Made by a program: the position numbers and the translations under genes
Shown: positions 1 through 11,743 of the stretch, piece by piece
How positions within the stretch are numbered: the first letter of the stretch is position 1
How the letters are laid out: each line of letters starts with the position of its first letter
DNA from: Raillietiella orientalis
Taxonomy: Eukaryota
Assembly: GCA_036172245.1 (NCBI GenBank)
Contig: JAYWIR010000143.1
Coordinates: forward strand, 47,619-67,618
Reading direction: 5' to 3'
Length of the DNA: 20,000 nucleotides
The notes under the pieces: model-generated
Seen by the model: the letters and a program-made list of their open reading frames with translations, nothing else
Told to the model about the DNA's origin: nothing
Databases searched by the model: none

Positions 1-1555
1 TAGGTTGCGAGAAACATAATTCACAACTTTCTGGTTTTCCTTTACAGGTTTACTTTGTTGTTTTATTAACTGAATCTGTCTGGTCACCTGCATCACTAAG
101 ATAGCTGGTGAGTTAGAGGCACGCGAATCCAAAACTTAGGTTAGAGTAATCGAAAAGCCACTACCCGAGGAAACTTCATTAGGTGCTGCATGAATCCCTC
201 ATTAATTCCCATCAGCAACTTGCAAAAAAGTAACATGAATCACGTGAATCAGATTTTTCTAGAACATTTGTTACAAATGTGCACGTGGAAAAAAATTTTT
301 CGAATGATCTCTGGAGAAACGCATACAACTTGGTCTGTGTGCATTCTCAAGATGAATGTGCACTTTTTGCTGCATCTACTTACTCCTAAACGTGGCAGTA
401 ATTCGCACGCAAGTACTACAAACAAAATGCACCCCAGTCAGTGTTTTCACATAGGAATACAAGATTCCCATTTCAGCAAACGAAATCATGCATGTGTTTA
501 TTGGATTCCTCGTGAATAATTTCCGAATTCGAGTATCGGTGTTTCGCAGCATGCTAGTCGTGAAGAGTCCTATAAAGTGTTACGATGCAATGGGCGGAAT
601 CGTGGGATGTCCTGAAGGTGGATTCCCATTTGGACGGTTTGTGATGACAACGACGAAATGGAGTCTTGAGGGGCAAAGCATTCGAGGTCATGGAAAATTT
701 CAATTTGGGAGTCGCAAAGAAATGAACACTTAGACGGAAGCGCAAAGATGCATTGGCACACCAAAGAGGGGGAACGCATGGATTCCGTTTTTCACGGGAT
801 CTGCACGTTACTATTTCCCGTCAAAACGAAGACGTCGTTCCAGAAGAAACTTTGGTTCGCTCCGAAGCACATGAATTCCTTAAACGGTAGCGAATCCATC
901 ACCTCCGATTTCGAAAGGACATGTGCAAAGGAAATTGGAGGCTTCAGGGGGTTTCCATTGCTGGCAATCAGCATTACTAGCGTTTGCGTGTCAATTGAAG
1001 AGCCATAATGGTAAATCCAGAAACGATCAGGAGTAGCATATGTGACTTAATTCCAATTGGGATACACAGAGTGAAATGCCTGCAGCATGTCAACGGCTCC
1101 TCTTCTTGATCTCTTCTGATGCGACGGAAATTGACCTTCCAGCATGCGGTGTCGTGGAAATTCGCGTTCCGCTTGATCGTGGAGAGTGACGGAGATTTAT
1201 GCGGACGTCCTTCCAAAGAATAGAAAATGCAGTGCGCAAGTTCATTGTTCAAGGAAATATGCACACATTCCTATGCATCTTCCTCTGCCAATTCATTTGG
1301 AATCCATGCGCAGACAAGAAGCAGTCTCATCATGAGAAAGGGAAGCAGACGAAAGGCAAACAGAAGAATAGAAACGCACTGTCTTGGAAACGCGTGCAGA
1401 GATTTAAGATAAAAGAGAGCGCGAACGAGAAGTCGGAGTAGAAAAATGCGAATACAGCATAAAGACGCAACACTGAGATGAATACGGGTGAAAGGGAAGG
1501 GCGACGGAGGAAGAGGCAAAATGGAGAGTGAGAATGGTTTGGGAATAGCAACACA

Positions 1556-1800
1556 TTGGAATGGAAAAAAGAAGAAGGAAGAAATCCAGGAGGAAAACGA
1601 ATTAGGAATGTGAAGGTGAACACAAGAAAAAGGACAGTGTTTGGAGCGATAACGATAGTCGAAGGAGGGAAAAAAGGAATAAGGTGTGCATATGACATGA
1701 GGAAGGGCAAGATCATGAATGAGCTAATCCGCTGTGGAGCGAGGGTGGGACGACGGCGAAGGGATGCTGAGGCTGTAGAAGTAAGTAAAATGACGGTGAT
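1556..1800 (+). mobile_element. Old, internally deleted L1 RT remnant
   Basis: GKKGIRC (cf. D GRGIRQG) is followed almost at once by ELIRCGARV...VSKMTV (cf. D ELIRRGAGVSVNNSKCTV); the YADD segment is missing. Confidence 0.45.
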
Positions 1801-1990
1801 GGAGACGCAAAGAGGGAAGACACACCGAGAACTCAACCCAAACTTACACCGAATGTGATCCAAAGAATCCGAGGTATGCAGGCTTGTGGATGTCTGTAAA
1901 AGCAAAGATTACGAGTTGCGTACCAGCGCGCTGAGCGGCGTGCATCCTGAGAAAAAACAAAGGTGCGCGCACGCAATGAAGAAAGAGGGC

Positions 1991-2120
1991 TGCTTGCCTT
2001 CCTTTTACATTCGCATACTTTTAATTCAGTAGCGCACGCCTCTCCGAAGTGACCAATCAACTTGCATTCGTTTTTCACACTTCGCAACGTTTTCGCCGCG
2101 CTTATAAGAGAGCGCTTGGA
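1991..2120 (+). pseudogene. Class A GPCR remnant (TM6/TM7/helix 8)
   Basis: With frameshifts: CLPSF (cf. CWLPF), FAYF-NS (cf. LAYxNS), NQLAFVFHTSQRFRRAYKRAL (cf. NPxxYxFxSxxFRxAFKxxL). Motif-level recognition only. Confidence 0.4.
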
Positions 2121-2727
2121 AGCACAAATCGAAATGTACATCAGAGGGACTCTAGAGAAGGAAGTACGTGCGCTTCTCGAGGATGCTTAGGAAATCAACG
2201 GTCAGTGCTACAGACAGATGGAATTAGAGTTTCTGCTTGCAAACCGAGATATCAGAAAGATCATCGGAAACAGGTGATGCGAATTCTCCTGTTGCCACGA
2301 ATGCGGAAAAATAGGTGGAATTATATTTAGGGAGGCACATGTTGCAAACATCACGAAAGATGAATGTGCATTCGATGAGTGCACAGCCATACCCATGGCA
2401 CTCCGGTAAATCAGAATGCAAGAGAATTCTCTTGCGAACGTCAACACACGAAAAAATAAAATCACTGTGAACGACGATGCAGAAAAGGAAAATATGTAGA
2501 GTTGCTCTCACACGCTCTTACGTTGGATACACCCGCATGGATTCTAGAATCCGGTAATCAGGGCATTAAGTGCAGCAATCTCCAAAAGATGACGCTTGCT
2601 ATTTGTTGTAACCCTCCTCTTCCCGGTAAAACCATTACGTTAGAAGCAGTTCCAGTTGTCGATCACTAGATAAAGCAACAATGCAAAGGAGGAGTAGAAG
2701 ACGAAGGAGGAGGATATAGAGGAGAAT

Positions 2728-2835
2728 AAAGATGGGGAAGATCTCGCAGAGTGGAAGAGATGGACAGTGTATGGAAAAGAAGAAGAAGAAGCGTGCTTAA
2801 AGAAGAGATGGAGTGAAATGATTGCTGTCGAACAA
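2728..2835 (+). mobile_element. Old L1 ORF2 pre-zinc-finger remnant
   Basis: KDGEDLAEW...LKKRWSEMIAVEQ resembles D NDGCLLAEW...LLRWSEH and E ELASW...LARWGELLAIPQ, with the spacer shortened. Confidence 0.4.
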
Positions 2836-4809
2836 AGAGGACTAGAGAGTGGAGCAGAAATTGGACAATAAGGGAAAATAGAGAGTGAAAATTTATAGAA
2901 TTCTGCACTTCGAAATAAAGACAGAGGCTGTTGAGACAAATGGGACATCAAGTTGAGGAACGCCTCCATGTAGACGGAAAGTGCAGGAGCTTCTTTTTAG
3001 ACATCAGATGGTAGGTGGACATGAGACGTGAAAACTATGAAGGCTTCCTGCCATAGAAAAGAAGCGTACGCTCCCAATGAAGAAACAGTGCTTCTTCCGT
3101 TACTTTTTGGTTTTAGAATTCTGTTTTAGTGGTTTCCAGAGGGAGAAGTTGGACGAATACCTAAAATGCAGGTTGAACTGGAGCCCAGGGAAAGACCTCG
3201 AGGCGTTCGCCACAGTTCCCATATCACTTGAAGATTTCGTGCAGGAAACACCAGGGGACTCAGAAAGCGACGCTTCAGCGTTACAAGCTAGACGAGGCTC
3301 TTATTCCCCGACAGGAAGTCATCCCGCACTACAGAAGCTTGGAAATGTGAATTTCCTCCGAGCAGACGTTGAGCTGCCCAATTTGAGACGATCCAGATAC
3401 ACGTCGCGATCAGAAAGTCCATCCCAGAGACCTCAGCACGGAGATGCAGATTGGATGCGCATCTTCGAGTCAATGACTTAAGATCAGTTTCTCCAGGCTT
3501 AGAACAACAAGCTCCAAGAAACCTGCCAACGTTACTTTTCCTGGTCCAGGCGACAAGATGCTGAAGCTGTCTCATCTACGTCCACTGGTTCCCGATTTCG
3601 AAGGCGTTCAGACCAAAATGGGTGGGTGGATGAAGAGACAGGGAGTCCTTCCCTCTTCCTCTCTCGTTCTCGTTCTTGTCCTAAACTGGTGGACTGAGGT
3701 GCGGATGTCGCGGACTATAGAGACATCTCTTTGTAAGTGCGTGAGCGGTCAGCCGACCGAACCATCAGTTGCAGCCTGCTAGCAATTCTTGTCGATCTCG
3801 TCGTTTCCTGGATCGCATGGACTGTCAGGTGATTGCATCCGGCTTCTCCGTTCGCCACGTCCACTTCTCCTGCCAGCGACCAATCCAAAGAGGTCGATCA
3901 ACGGTAATATAGAGATACCTGCATTTTCTGGGAAGGCTCCTGAGGATGCGTTTTGGTGCTGAGACTGCTCCTTTTGCCTTAAAGCATCCAACTAGCTATG
4001 GAGGACGAAAGCAAAAGTGTACCACTGAGGAGGATTTGACGGGACATTCCTTACCTCGAATGCTTCTTCTTTTTTCGAGGCTGCTTTCGAGATGAGGATA
4101 CAGCCGAAGCAAACAAACACAGGCTCGAACGAGGGATGCGCTTTCCGATCTGTGGAGATGGCGGGTGGTCCCCCAATGCAGAACGTGGCGTTGTAGTTTT
4201 ACATTCTACCTGGATGGCCGAAGATCACTATCACCTTCGGTTCCTTCGTTTTCCAAGAAATCAAATCGTTGTCTACTCTTGTGTTTCCTTCCTCCATTCA
4301 CACGTAAAAGCCACCCCTGTCTGCACGGCAAGAGCCCTGTGCAAGAAGCGTGCGTTCCTTGAAGGGAAGATCATAAAAAACAAAGGAACTCGCAAAGCCT
4401 GTTTTTTACCCTTTTATCTCACTCTGTTTTTTCCATTCCTGCGTTGCCAAGGTTGGACTTTCAAATCCATTCTCAAAAGAGTTGTTTCCTTCTTTTATTT
4501 CTTGGTCGCTGGCGTGCTTGGAAGGAGACCTTCTCAGTCTGGATCGGCGTCGACTGATAAGTGGCGCTTTTGAAATTCGCATCCCTCATCCCAGTTAAAA
4601 CCCACGCTGTGCGGCCTCCATGCTGTCTGTGTTGCAAACCAAATAGAAAAAAATTCAAAGGAAATAGAACGAGTTGGGGCACGAAATCCCGTGAAGCGTC
4701 CACTTTCCTTTCTTCCTCATTCCTTTCCTTCGGTTTTTTGTTTTCAAAGTCCATTCCTTTCATCGTTTTCTTTCTCAACTTCTTTTTTCTCTTTTCTGCG
4801 CGTCCTCCT

Positions 4810-5380
4810 GGGTAACTATTACTTCTTCTTAATTACTATTAGTATTGACCTCCTCCTTCCCTCATTCTTGCGTTCTCTCCTTGCTTCCCTATCGTCCTCC
4901 TCTATCTACCTCTCTTGGTTCCTCCTTCTCTCGATTGTCCTCTTTTGCACCTCAATCCTCTTCTACAACAGCAGCACACCTCTTGGAATCCTATCTGCAT
5001 CATGCGCCTTAAACAGACCTTTCCAGCCCCGCCTCACATCATGCAACGCGATCAAAGGAAGCGCAACCTTCTGCATCCTGGGCACTCGCTCTAAAAATGG
5101 ACATCCATGAGAAGCGCGCACTGACCCGGGCACGCTGATGTCATGATATTTGCCGGCAAAGACGGCATGGAAACGGCCATCATGCTCATCCTAGACCGAC
5201 GGTTACTAAGCAGCTAAAATTCCGTGGGATGACAAAAGCCGGATTTTCAAGAGAGCTGTACCTTCTGTAATTCGTCCTGGGCTGCAAAATGTTGCGTTTA
5301 ACTGCGTAAACGGTACAGCATGCGGGTTGATTTGAATCCGTGCGGCGTCAGGTTCCCACAGAGGTGTCCGATCATCGTGC
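4810..5380 (-). mobile_element. Possible old non-LTR ORF2 C-terminal remnant
   Basis: One frame with stops: EGTALLKIRLLSSH...**PSV*DEHDGRFHAVFAG...LIALHDVRRGW. Spacing resembles the C-terminal CCHC finger and following helix, but the Cys residues are lost. Confidence 0.3.
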
Positions 5381-7664
5381 GGCAGGGAAAGCAGCGATGT
5401 TCCCGCAGAATTCTCCCCCGGTTCTCGCCCCACTTGAGTGCATCACAGCCGCAAATGTACGAGAAATGCGCCAGGAGCTGCTTGCGTGGCTTACTGTCAA
5501 GCAGCCTTGGACCACTCGCCAGATTTGTTCCGGTGCACATGCGCGTTTTGCGACGACAAAAGAACGTGCTTGCAGAAGGATTTCCAAGCGCGAATTCGTG
5601 GTCTTCCAGCGGATTGGCAGGTGATATTTCGATAAGGCTCAGAGTGTGCATTAGCAATTCATTTCCGAAATTTCTTCGTCTTCAATGCAAAAGTTCACGC
5701 GCTGGAAGCTCATCCCCTTTGCACTTAACGAACGAGTCCACAGTTTCGAAACTTGACAGTCTGTAGACAAAATCAGTCAGCGACAGCACTCTTCAAGCTC
5801 TCTGTTTATGCACGTGAGATTTTTAGGATAGAAAAACGCAGCTCCGTCATTGTGGGACGAGTGACGAACGTTGCAGTGTTCTTGATAATGATAGTGTCCA
5901 GACTGCAGGAGCGCTGCATGCTGATTGCTCTTTGAAACTCCACATAAATAGACTTTATCTGTCAATTGAAATGCACGTAGGAATATAGAAACAAGAAAAC
6001 GGTATACGCGTGTTTGAGCACCTTGGCCTACATATTTGTAAACCGTGTCAACATTCTAGTCGGACTCCAGCCTTGAGCTGCTATAGGCGACGTACAGTTC
6101 CGAAAGAAGGAATCTTGGAGCAACACCAGGAAATGTCGTCTGATACTCTTTCTAATTTTGAGATGGTCTTGCAGATCATTTTGAAGCAGCCATCACGCGA
6201 AGTACACGTAGCTGAATACGTTATGAAAACCAACCCGGGCATAGGTCGTCATCAGGGAGTGCAGGTCAGATTGCAGGAAGAATTTTGTGATCGAGAATCT
6301 ACAGATCTTTCCAAATAAGCAATCGTTAAAATGCTAAACAAAGTGGAGATGCCTGTCTGAGATTCTGTGCACTATCTGCTCCGAATAGCAATGTCTGGAG
6401 AAAGCAGAGAAGTGCCTCATATCTCGACAACCTGGCCACATGAAACACAAGACAACAACAGAAGCAATAAGAGAACATCCGAAGACTATATAGAAGTGGA
6501 TTGCGCTGACACGTGCAACAAGATAACTCGGAAAGACGCGAACTCAATGGTGTTTGTTTAGGAGACGATGTATCAAAACATAGCATCCTCACGAAGAAGA
6601 AATAGGAGATCCCAAACAGATGATGATGGCTGTCGGAATGTAACGTCTGAAGCGTATGCATACAAAGGGGATTCCCTACTTTACATTCTACTTCAAAATG
6701 CGATGCTTTTCTACCCTGTTGCCTTGAAACGTTTATTAACAATTCGGATCATTTGGGGACATGGATCTCAGGCAAAGGGAACAAAATATCGGAGAGAAGG
6801 CTCCCGACACGAAAGGAGGACACAAGAAAATGCGATGCTCGGAATTTTCGACTTGAATAAGTTTTTGGCGATTTACAATTGAAACGAAGAGTATGTCGTG
6901 AGCTGTGAAGAGTGCTATTAGCAATAAATCGATATTGAGAAGACGTGGAAGCACCCTGAAAAATCGTGTTAGAACATGTAGGAATGATAAAGCGGACGCT
7001 AGGGCAAAGTACGAGAAGTACGTTCGCAGCAGAGCGCTTGCAGAGGTCGCGACCGAGCTGCAGGGCTGCTGCAGGGCTGCTGCAGCTCCTTCAACACTCG
7101 TTGGTCAACCATGAGCTCTCTTCTCGCTGTTCCTGGAAAAGAAGAGAAGGCGACGACGAGCAAGCAGTGCTGTATGCTGGTGGGACAGGCGAACAGGCAG
7201 CAAAGAGGGAAGTCGTTCCGAAAGTATCAAGTAGAATGACGGATCGGCAGAATATGGAGATCTTCCAATATCCTTTGCGAGTTCTTGTAGCGAGAAACGA
7301 AGCGCTATGAAGGTAATTATGTTCGTACAACTGCTGTATTCAGGCTGGCACCTCGGTTGAGGACGCATCTGTCGCTGTCGTTGCGAGAAGAATAACTGCT
7401 TTGTGCGATGGTTCCTCGTGCAGATGAAATCGGATCGTCATCAACGCACTCCTGCCTTGTGGGAGAACTACTCACTGGCATAAAAAAGCCTCAGTTTACC
7501 TTGAAACCGCACCCAATACCCCGCGTGAACTTCGTGGCATTGCTCTGCCTCATCAGCACCGCTACAGGGCAAGTGATCTTATATAGAGACAGCTCTCGCG
7601 AGCCAGAAAGCGGTTTGTGTGGAGTACGCAGCAGGAGCATCTCTCGAGTCCGCACTCTTTGCTT

Positions 7665-7860
7665 TGAAAAACACGAGAACAAAATGGTCAGAATCCAGAG
7701 CAGGGCCATCAGCAAAGACGTTTGCTTCGTCTGGAAGTGTTAAACACGGTTTTGCAGGGGCATTACATATTATTCAGTAATGTCCCGTGCTCAGATGTGG
7801 CGAAGCAGTTGGTTGCATCATCATGTGCACGCAAGTTGCCATGACCGCCACGTAGAGGGA
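7665..7860 (-). pseudogene. Class A GPCR remnant (TM3-ICL2-TM4)
   Basis: SLYVAV...LSTGHY*IICN/PLQNRV*HFQTKQTSLLMALLWILTILFSC resembles S+YVSV...S+ERYxAICxPLxSR...IAx+W++S++xxxP, with one frameshift. Confidence 0.4.
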
Positions 7861-8409
7861 TGAGCCTCATTTGTAGAGCAACAGGGAAGAAAAAACCCGA
7901 AAAGAAGAAACCAACAAAGAATGCAAAATGAAGAAATAAGTTTCAACGGGGGGCGAGAGGAGACAGTAAAAGTGGTCACAAATTTCTCGGGAAACGATCT
8001 CAGCATTCTTCATATCAGGCCTAGTTGTTTACGTATCTCTCACAAATGGCACCATCTCGAGAGGGTGATCCAGAAGATTGCTGCCAAGTGGATGGCGTCT
8101 TCACCATTTCTATCTTTTCTGCTTGTGCACCACGCCACCAGCACACCTCAAAGACAAAAGGGTCACATATTTCTATTTATACACCATTATCAAAAAAGAA
8201 ACAACCATTACATATCCTAGAAACAGAAAACACCTATCTTGCAAAACAAACAATACAAATCACTCTATTCCTTCCCAACCCCATTGACGATCATTTCATG
8301 AATGCTACTCGATTCCAAAGAATAATTCATAAACTCACACTCACAACTACCTACCTAACCAACACCACTATATACTTCGAAACCAAAATCCACGTATATT
8401 ACCACAAAT

Positions 8410-8640
8410 AGTTATTGTTACTGCGATGAAAAAAGCTGGAGGTAGTGCGGGACGCGAGAAAAGGCGTTTGCAAATATCTCTTGAGTCTCCAGCCGGGATT
8501 CTTGGAGTCGCCGAGAAGCTATTCTCAGAGAAAGGGAGTGCAACACAGTCTAAAGAAGAAACACTCCCATCTCTAAAGAAGTCACCTGCCATTGCCCTCC
8601 AATAATTAAAAAGAACTGCGGTCAAAGGTGTGAAGGAGGC
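8410..8640 (-). mobile_element. Old L1/Tx1 ORF2 C-terminal remnant
   Basis: TAVLFNYW...SLDCVAL...RIPAGDSRDICKRLFSRPALPPAFFIAV aligns with E TALLFLHW...TLECVAL...HLPVGDRKEIYRRLFLRDGLRPAASLAV. The zinc-finger core is deleted. Followed on the same strand by GT-rich, UTR-like sequence (8410-8170). Confidence 0.65.
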
Positions 8641-9519
8641 ACCTTTCTTCTTCCTCAGCAATAGCCAACCGTCCTCGGTCACACTTTAGCTCTCCGCCTG
8701 CTTCGCCACTGCGGACGTGCGCTTGCCGACGGGCGTGGGTTTTTGCTGTTTTGTGCTCCTCCTGAATCGCCTCTTGTCATCAGAAGAGGACGCTGTTTGC
8801 GTAGAACACACCCGCGACATCCGCACTTTCTTTCCGCACAAGAAGCGGAATGCTGGATGCTGACGACATCTCTTCTTGAGGTAACCTGTGGCTTCGCAGT
8901 TCCCTCAGTATTTCCGTTTCCCCACACACCACAGATCGACATGTACCTTGCCGATCTATAGTCTGCTTAGTGCCCCACTGCTCTTCCGAGCGTCACACGC
9001 TTTGCGACAACCCGATTGCAAGCTGTCGAGAGAGCCCAGGCGCTTTTGCAGTTCAACTCCACAAGCTGCAGCCCGCTACCCGCAGAAAGAATGACTACCT
9101 ACCACATCCTCGAAGAGGTTTCGCTTTCTGAGCCTTTGGAGGAAGAAGCAAAAAAGAATATAGGATGCCTACCTTGCACAGTAGGGACGGGGTGTACTCG
9201 TCGGTTTCGTACGCCTGCTGATCCGTTGCAAGAAGGCTGGAGAAGCCGCCTCCGCAAAAGCGCCGCGAACCCTCGCAGGAGCGGGGTACCATTTCGTGGG
9301 TGCGCTTGTCCTCCTTTCCATACGTTGAGAAAACGAAATGCCTCTGTTCTGTTTAGCCGAAGAAGATGCGTAATCCGGCATCTTAGCTCTCAAAGGACCG
9401 CAAAGGGCATACAAACTTAACCTAAACTCACCGTTGCGGTACGAAAAAAAAAAGGCCGTTCGAGGCAGCCCAAGGAGAATTCAGTTGCGTAATTTAAAAG
9501 AAGGCGTCTTTTCGCATAG

Positions 9520-10020
9520 AACCAGGGGACCGAGTGAGTTGCGAAGGCAACCGTGCGGTTCGAAGGCAAGCTTGCGGGTTGGGGCGAACTGGGGATCGTG
9601 CCAGGACCGCGTTTCACCAGCATGTGATTTGGCTGGCTGGGGCGTGCACGTGTGTGCTGCTGCGCACCAGCTTGATGGACACAGTCGCCCACCGAAAGGC
9701 GATCAGGAGCACCGATCGGACTCATGGATTCGCTTTCCAGAGTGTGCACGCACCTCGCACACCTGGCAGGCAAACGCGCCCGCACTTTGCGCCTGCAGGT
9801 CAGGCACCCGTGACCGGCGAATCTTGTTCGTGAAGAACGCAGCCCACCTCGCCTGCGCTGTTGCTCAACAGCGCGAACTGGCACACACGTCCACGGGGAG
9901 CAGCTCGCACGTGCAACCAGCCATGGTCTCAGAGGCGGAGGCCATCTTGTCCTCCCGGGAAGTTGCTCGCAGACAATTATGACTGCCTGGGACGATCAGT
10001 GGAAGGAAGACAGACGACTC
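9520..10020 (+). mobile_element. Decayed tyrosine recombinase, probably from a DIRS-like retrotransposon
   Basis: Motifs in the expected order: RGPSEL (~9524; cf. LRxxE), SLRV, PKGDQEHR (9692; cf. SKTDQxxxG), ILFV. After a frameshift: TSHGLRGGG (9916-9942; cf. HSxRxGGA), TIMT, then LGR (~9987; cf. GRW). The catalytic Tyr is not identifiable. Confidence 0.55.
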
Positions 10021-10245
10021 CGTTGGCAAACGCTCTTGATACCCGACATTTGCGGATCGTGCAAATACTCCTAGTCCTTAGGAGACAGCGATGGAGGGGA
10101 ACGCGCATAGCTCGTGAAAAGAGGTCAGGGTCCTCGCTACACCCGTGAGGCTTGGGATACGTCTGACAGACAACTTAAAGATAAACATCGTGCGTCTGTG
10201 TTCGGTGGACGTTGTTGTCGATATTATCCCCCACTATGGGACTAG

Positions 10246-10500
10246 CACTGTGACCCTTTCTTTGGTAAGTTCCAAAACTTGTTCGCAACGGATTACCACA
10301 TGTCTGTGAGCAAGATGGAGACAAAAGACTTTCGTCGAAACTTTAAGAGATTCGTGGCTGTGTGCGGCAACAATCATTCCGATTTATGTAAGAAATGCAC
10401 GCTCCTGTTGCAAAGAATGTTTCGTTACACTCCTCTTTACGGAGACATACAGAATACGAACACACCGTCGGAGTACGTTGCATTTGATGCCATCCACGAA
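10246..10500 (+). pseudogene. Decayed C2H2 zinc-finger array
   Basis: Successive finger-like pieces across frames: HCDPFFGKFQNL, PHVCEQ, KCTL...SSLRRHTEYEH, RCI*C. Confidence 0.3.
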
Positions 10501-10625
10501 TATAGCATCTTGGTGCATGCAGACGTGAGAACCGAAAATAGCAACTAGAGAGCACGAGAGAACAAAAATTTGTAGGCGTGTGTTTTCTTATCACGCACCT
10601 ACTCTCTCCCTTGGCCCTTCGTGAC

Positions 10626-10800
10626 GAAAGCGTTCCTGAAGAAAACGTGATCTGCACAAGTCTGGAAGCTACGAACGTCATCCTGCCCACATTGTGAATA
10701 AGGAATTCTTCTTTTTCTTCCGTATGCTACTTTCGCCTCTCTGGGAAATACAAGAAAGCGTTCGAGGGTGAAGCATTGCATCTGCAGATCCTGCAGAATT
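10626..10800 (-). pseudogene. RING-CH (RINGv, MARCH/Doa10-like) domain remnant
   Basis: FCRICRCNASPSNAFLYFP, then in a shifted frame SSIR...SLFTMW (cf. CRICR......PLxxPCxCxGSIKxVHxxCLxxW). Several metal ligands are lost. Confidence 0.33.
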
Positions 10801-11628
10801 CGGTTGATGGAATAGCTCTGCTGCTGTTGCTGCTATCTTCAGCGCAGAGAAGTGCCTCCAGGGGAGTCTTCGGCGAAACCGCTGGATCTACACAGAATGC
10901 AAATCCTTGCTTTGGGGCGTTCAACATTAGAGAAAGATTTCCTAATGTGAAAGGCTCTCAAAGATGTTTCCGAGGATTGGTGCAGTTGTTCGCGCTTTGG
11001 TGCCTTTTCCCGAGATGCAGCTGTCTTTGGCAGTGCAAACCTGTGAACTCACTTCGCGGCCACAATTATCTTGCTGCACGAAAGCGTGTTTTTCTGTTTT
11101 CGATGAAAACAGAAGGCTCTGTTCGCAAGGATCGGGATCTTCTTTTCGGCGTCGGTCGTTTCCGCGTTCAAGCAATTTTCCAATGTGGATTTGTGGAAAA
11201 CACAGCGACAGCGTGGCGGCATGCCGCCAGGATCCTGCGTAGGCAGCATACGCCCGATGGAATGCCAACGGCCATTCGCTCCGTTGCCTCACCTATCGAG
11301 CCACGAGCTATAGGTCCTGAAGCTTGACAATTTGTGCGCGATTTCCCGCATGCCGTTGTCCCCTTGCGCCCTCGACTTGCACTTTACCTGTGGACTTCTC
11401 CGCTTTAGATGAACTACGGTTTCCGTCATCTTCCAGTGCACATTACTCCTTTTTTTTTTCTTCCGTATACATTTTGAAGGAACCCAAGAATATCGGATAC
11501 TGCGATACGGAAACTCAATACGATGCCTAATTTCAACGCGATACACAGATTAGGGAGCGGCGACCTTCACGATAGATGCCGCTAAGAGGGATGTTCTCTG
11601 GGGAAAAAGTTCTCTGCAGTCTTCCCCT

Positions 11629-11743
11629 CAGAAAGAGCGCACTCATCCGATCGATTGCGAAAGCTGTAAGGCGCACGAATGTACCAACGTACACTGAACG
11701 GAGAATCGACGTCCACACAGCAAAACCAAAAAGGGTTGACTCT
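11629..11743 (-). pseudogene. Class A GPCR remnant (ECL1-TM3, DRY region), peptide-receptor-like
   Basis: Uninterrupted frame NPFGFAVWTSILRSVYVGTFVRLTAFAIDRMSALF, versus consensus WPFGxxxC...SVYVSTFTLTAIAIDRYxAI. Confidence 0.5.

Noticed and set aside
1060..1130. Furin site/fusion-peptide-like KRSRRGAVD on the minus strand (env-like)
   Set aside because: Short motif in a stop-ridden frame with no LTR, gag or pol context.
1330..1905. Long hydrophobic Phe/Ser/Leu-rich ORFs (also 2640-2969 and 4691-5110) as membrane proteins
   Set aside because: They are translations of pyrimidine-rich strands opposite purine-rich, low-complexity or decayed L1 sequence.
5320..5385. APE endonuclease-like RVD...SDHRA on the plus strand
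   Set aside because: The motifs are in different frames, there is no GDFN motif, and a competing minus-strand reading exists.
7440..7500. Kinase subdomain IX-like CLVGELLTG
   Set aside because: No DxWS, APE, DFG or HRD motifs nearby.
8426..8605. TetR-like ILGVAEKLFSEKG on + and methyltransferase-like DCVALPFSENSF on -
   Set aside because: The minus-strand frame aligns over a longer stretch with the L1 ORF2 C-terminus of copy E, so both look-alikes are coincidental.
9155..9250. PAPS-reductase-like NIGCLPCT
   Set aside because: Isolated motif; no following R.GRW/ECG and no upstream domain.
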